NCBI GenBank assembly: GCA_951406725.2
Contig: OX597814.1
Span: 161,572,001-161,636,000 of the forward strand
Source: Octopus vulgaris
Lineage: Eukaryota
Direction: 5' to 3'
DNA: 64,000 nt
The notes under the pieces: generated by a model
Told to the model about the DNA's origin: nothing
The model's input: only the letters and a program-made list of their open reading frames with translations
Database searches by the model: none
Shown: positions 61,006-64,000 of the stretch, piece after piece
Position numbering within the stretch: position 1 is the first letter of the stretch
Layout of the letters: each line of letters begins with the position of its first letter
Made by a program: the position numbers and the translations under genes

Positions 61006-61896
61006 TTTATATATATATACATATATATATATAAAATATTCACAATAATTCAATGGTGTTTATAATCAGCATTTCAAATTTGCCAGCTATCATATAGGTT
61101 TTTCATTGTCTTCTTAAAATCAAATTAATCTTAATTACAAAAAGTGTTTTTTTGAAAATGACCCTGTACATCAAAGCATATGATATTATTAAATATAGTT
61201 TTGTTAGGATTTATCAGAAGCAGCATATACAAAAGTTAGAGAATAAAAATGTGGTAAACAATGAGCTTTGTATTGATTTTTAAGTCAAAGAAAAGTGATA
61301 ATGAGTGTCATAAATTTAGAAGCAGATACTTAGAAATAAATTAATAAGTTAACAGATTTATCATTTGGTGATTTTCTTAGAAAACTGAATCAGAAAAACA
61401 CTTTTATTAATGCAAGAACACTTGGTTATTATAAGAATATTGGGAAATTTTCAGTCCAATTGTTACAAAACTGCTGTGTGTATTTGTGTGGGGTATGTGT
61501 GTTTGTGTATGTGTGTGTATGCATGCACACTTATACATAAATACACACTGCTGAAGATGACAGTGATGAATGAAGAAAATTAATTATTCAGCAAATTCAG
61601 TATTGACTGGACGAGAATTTAGGATAGAATCTTCACCTGAGCTTTATTATCAAAGGTTTCATAAATATCCAATAAATATCAACATATCATAACCATAAGG
61701 TCATTCGTTATAATACAATTATTTGAAAATATTATTGTCATCTTATACCCAACTACAATTTTTGTAATGTCTCCTCTTCCTTCTTCAAGCAGCCTCAAAT
61801 GAGATACTTTTTGCAATGCTGCACCAGGAATCTCTGTTCCTCAATAGCTTTGCTAATCCTCAGTTTTATGTTGCATGTCTCTACCAATAACATAAA

Positions 61897-62215
61897 TGTA
61901 GTGGCTTAGTGGCTAGGATATTCAGCTCACAATCATGAAGTCACAAGTTCAATTCCTGGTGGTGCATTATGTCCTTGAGCAAGACATTTTACTTCATGTT
62001 GCTCCAGTCCACTCAGGTGGTGAAAATGAGTAGTACCTCTATTTCAGAGGGTCAGCCTTGTTACATTCTGTGTCATACTGTATTTCCTTGAGAACTATGA
62101 TAAGGGTGGGTGTATCTGTGGCATGCTCAGCTACTTGCATGTTAATTTTACAAGCAGGCTGTTCCATTGGTCAGATCAACTGGAACTCTTATCGTTGTAA
62201 TCAATGGAGTGCTAG
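61897..62215 (+). mobile_element. SINE-C (tRNA head, V-domain-like body)
   Basis: A box gtggcttagtgg; B box aagttcaattcc; then gtccttgagcaagacatttta..ttgctccagtccactcag. Confidence 0.7.
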
Positions 62216-62510
62216 TTAACATCAATGTAGTTGAGTGGTGTTTGTCTTCTATTAGAGTCTGAAAGTCTCCCAAATACAACGTCTGATCTTGTTCATCATG
62301 TGGGCACTGTCCAGTAAAACTTATCCTGCATTAAACAAAAACAGTAGAGATGGGTGGAATGTGTCCATAAGTCTCCTCTTTGGTCTTGTGTTCATGACAT
62401 GTATGCTTTGAAACCTTATGAGAAACCTGGCGTATGTACTATGAAGGTAATCATAAAGCTCCTTCCTGATAGTCGAAGTTTTAACTTCACAGAGAAGACA
62501 CATGTCTTAA

Positions 62511-62731
62511 CCCTTTCGTTACCAACCCGACTGAAACCGGCTCTGGCTCTTTAGTATAAATGTCTTGTTTTCATAAGTTTTGAATTCAAATCTTCCACCA
62601 AACCTAAGTCACAATTTATGTTCCTAACACTAGCTGAATGATAACTAAGTTATTTTACTAAATTCTTTGTTATATTTAATGTAATTGAAAGAAACACAGA
62701 ACATCTCAAAATAAATACAGTAACGAAAGGG
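62511..62731. mobile_element. piggyBac-type MITE, family P2
   Basis: TTAA at 62507-10 and 62732-35; perfect TIRs CCCTTTCGTTAC / GTAACGAAAGGG; a decayed relative follows at ~62736-62926. Confidence 0.92.
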
Positions 62732-64000
62732 TTAAACCTTTTGATACAAATTTGCCATTTTGAAGTGATCTAAATTGAAACTTACCATTAAAATTTTGTG
62801 TTAAATTATGTTCCAAACACTAGCTTAATAGTGACAAATTTATTTTACAAAGTTTGTTATTATTTTCAAAATTAATTGAAATAAAGGCTATGTATTTCAA
62901 CAGAGATATGGTAATGAAAAAGTTAAAGTAGGCCAATCACAGCCAAGTATTGTAAGTATAATCACTATATCCAGGAAGAGATGTTTTAAATATAATAGTT
63001 GGCTTAAAAGATTACTAAGTAAGGTTCACATACAGCAAGATTTTTTTAAAAATTTAATTATTGAATTGTTCTAAAGTAATCATGCAGTTAAAAATTCCAA
63101 TTTTAAAAGATGCCATCTGGAAAATGATCTCAACTCTATTGAAATTAGATTAATTACTTAACTGTATGCTGTATTTTGTAATTATTGATGCTAGTTTATT
63201 ATTAATGCATCAACATTGTCTGAGAAGCAGCAGGAAGATGCTTATAATTTAATAACAAATATTCTCTGCTGTATCAGGGCAGATGAAAAACCAAATTAAT
63301 TGCAAATTGCATCAGGTGAGTTGAAAGAACTGTAACACTACTTTGGTTAGAGAAGCTGCTAAGAGAGAGAGAAAAAAAAGAAAACTATTGGTTAATATAA
63401 AACAAACTTTAGGATGCCCCACTCTCAATCCACGGATAAGCAAATTGGAACTGCAAGATCTAAATGCCCATGATGTTTAAAAAGAGATTTACTCTGCAGT
63501 TATTATTGTTATTATTGTGGTTTAGTCCCAAATGAGTTCTGATTGAGCAGACCTAATAATCAAAAGTCATTATAGCCCAGTCTATCCTGATCAACAGTAG
63601 CTCATATGTCCTTCCCATTTTAAAAGAAAAGAATGTAATTTGAGAGATCTGGCTGCTATTTCTAGTAGGTCAAGTGACTGCCTAAAGGCTTCTACATTGA
63701 CTCGTGCTATTAGAATGTCAGTGGGTAGGTCGAACTCTTGATCATCTAACCAATTCCAGAGTTTCTTGGAGAAGATATAATCGAAATAGTTGTTTTTATT
63801 GTCTACATGACACCTGTAAGAGAAATGAATTGAACACTGGCAGTGAGTTGAGCTTACACTCCCTCTTCCTTTCTCAGAACACATGCACATAAAATATAAT
63901 TTTCTCAGAATAGGAATAAATTAAAAATAAAATGTTTCCAAACAAAAAGATAGACAGCAAATCTTTTAAAGCCTAGCCAATCTTTTTTGTAGTAACTGAT

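Noticed and set aside
38797-64000. Expected upstream INVS exon (QTALHW...-like)
   Set aside because: Searched by eye for the reverse-complement pattern and did not find it; likely outside the window or missed.

Overview
Eukaryotic, AT-rich, microsatellite-dense animal DNA. The repeat families resemble those of octopus, so a cephalopod origin is inferred but not proven. The only host-gene sequence I can support is two consecutive minus-strand ankyrin-repeat exons of an inversin (INVS)-like gene (38695-38796 and 5532-5630), joined by a 33-kb intron. The rest is transposon landscape: many decayed RTE LINEs whose reverse transcriptase carries an inserted PHD-like finger, one young 5'-truncated CR1-group LINE sharing its 3' stem-loop with the dominant SINE, three tRNA-SINE families, mariner and Tc1/maT relics, TTAA-specific piggyBac-type MITEs and a non-autonomous Helitron. 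The most striking signal is a set of short elements inserted in (TA)n tracts that carry hammerhead-ribozyme folds and/or long palindromes. The best case is a perfect 185-bp-arm palindrome (11908-12288) with a complete type I hammerhead on each strand, where the antisense arm is always transcribed before the ribozyme. All alignments and folds were done by eye.
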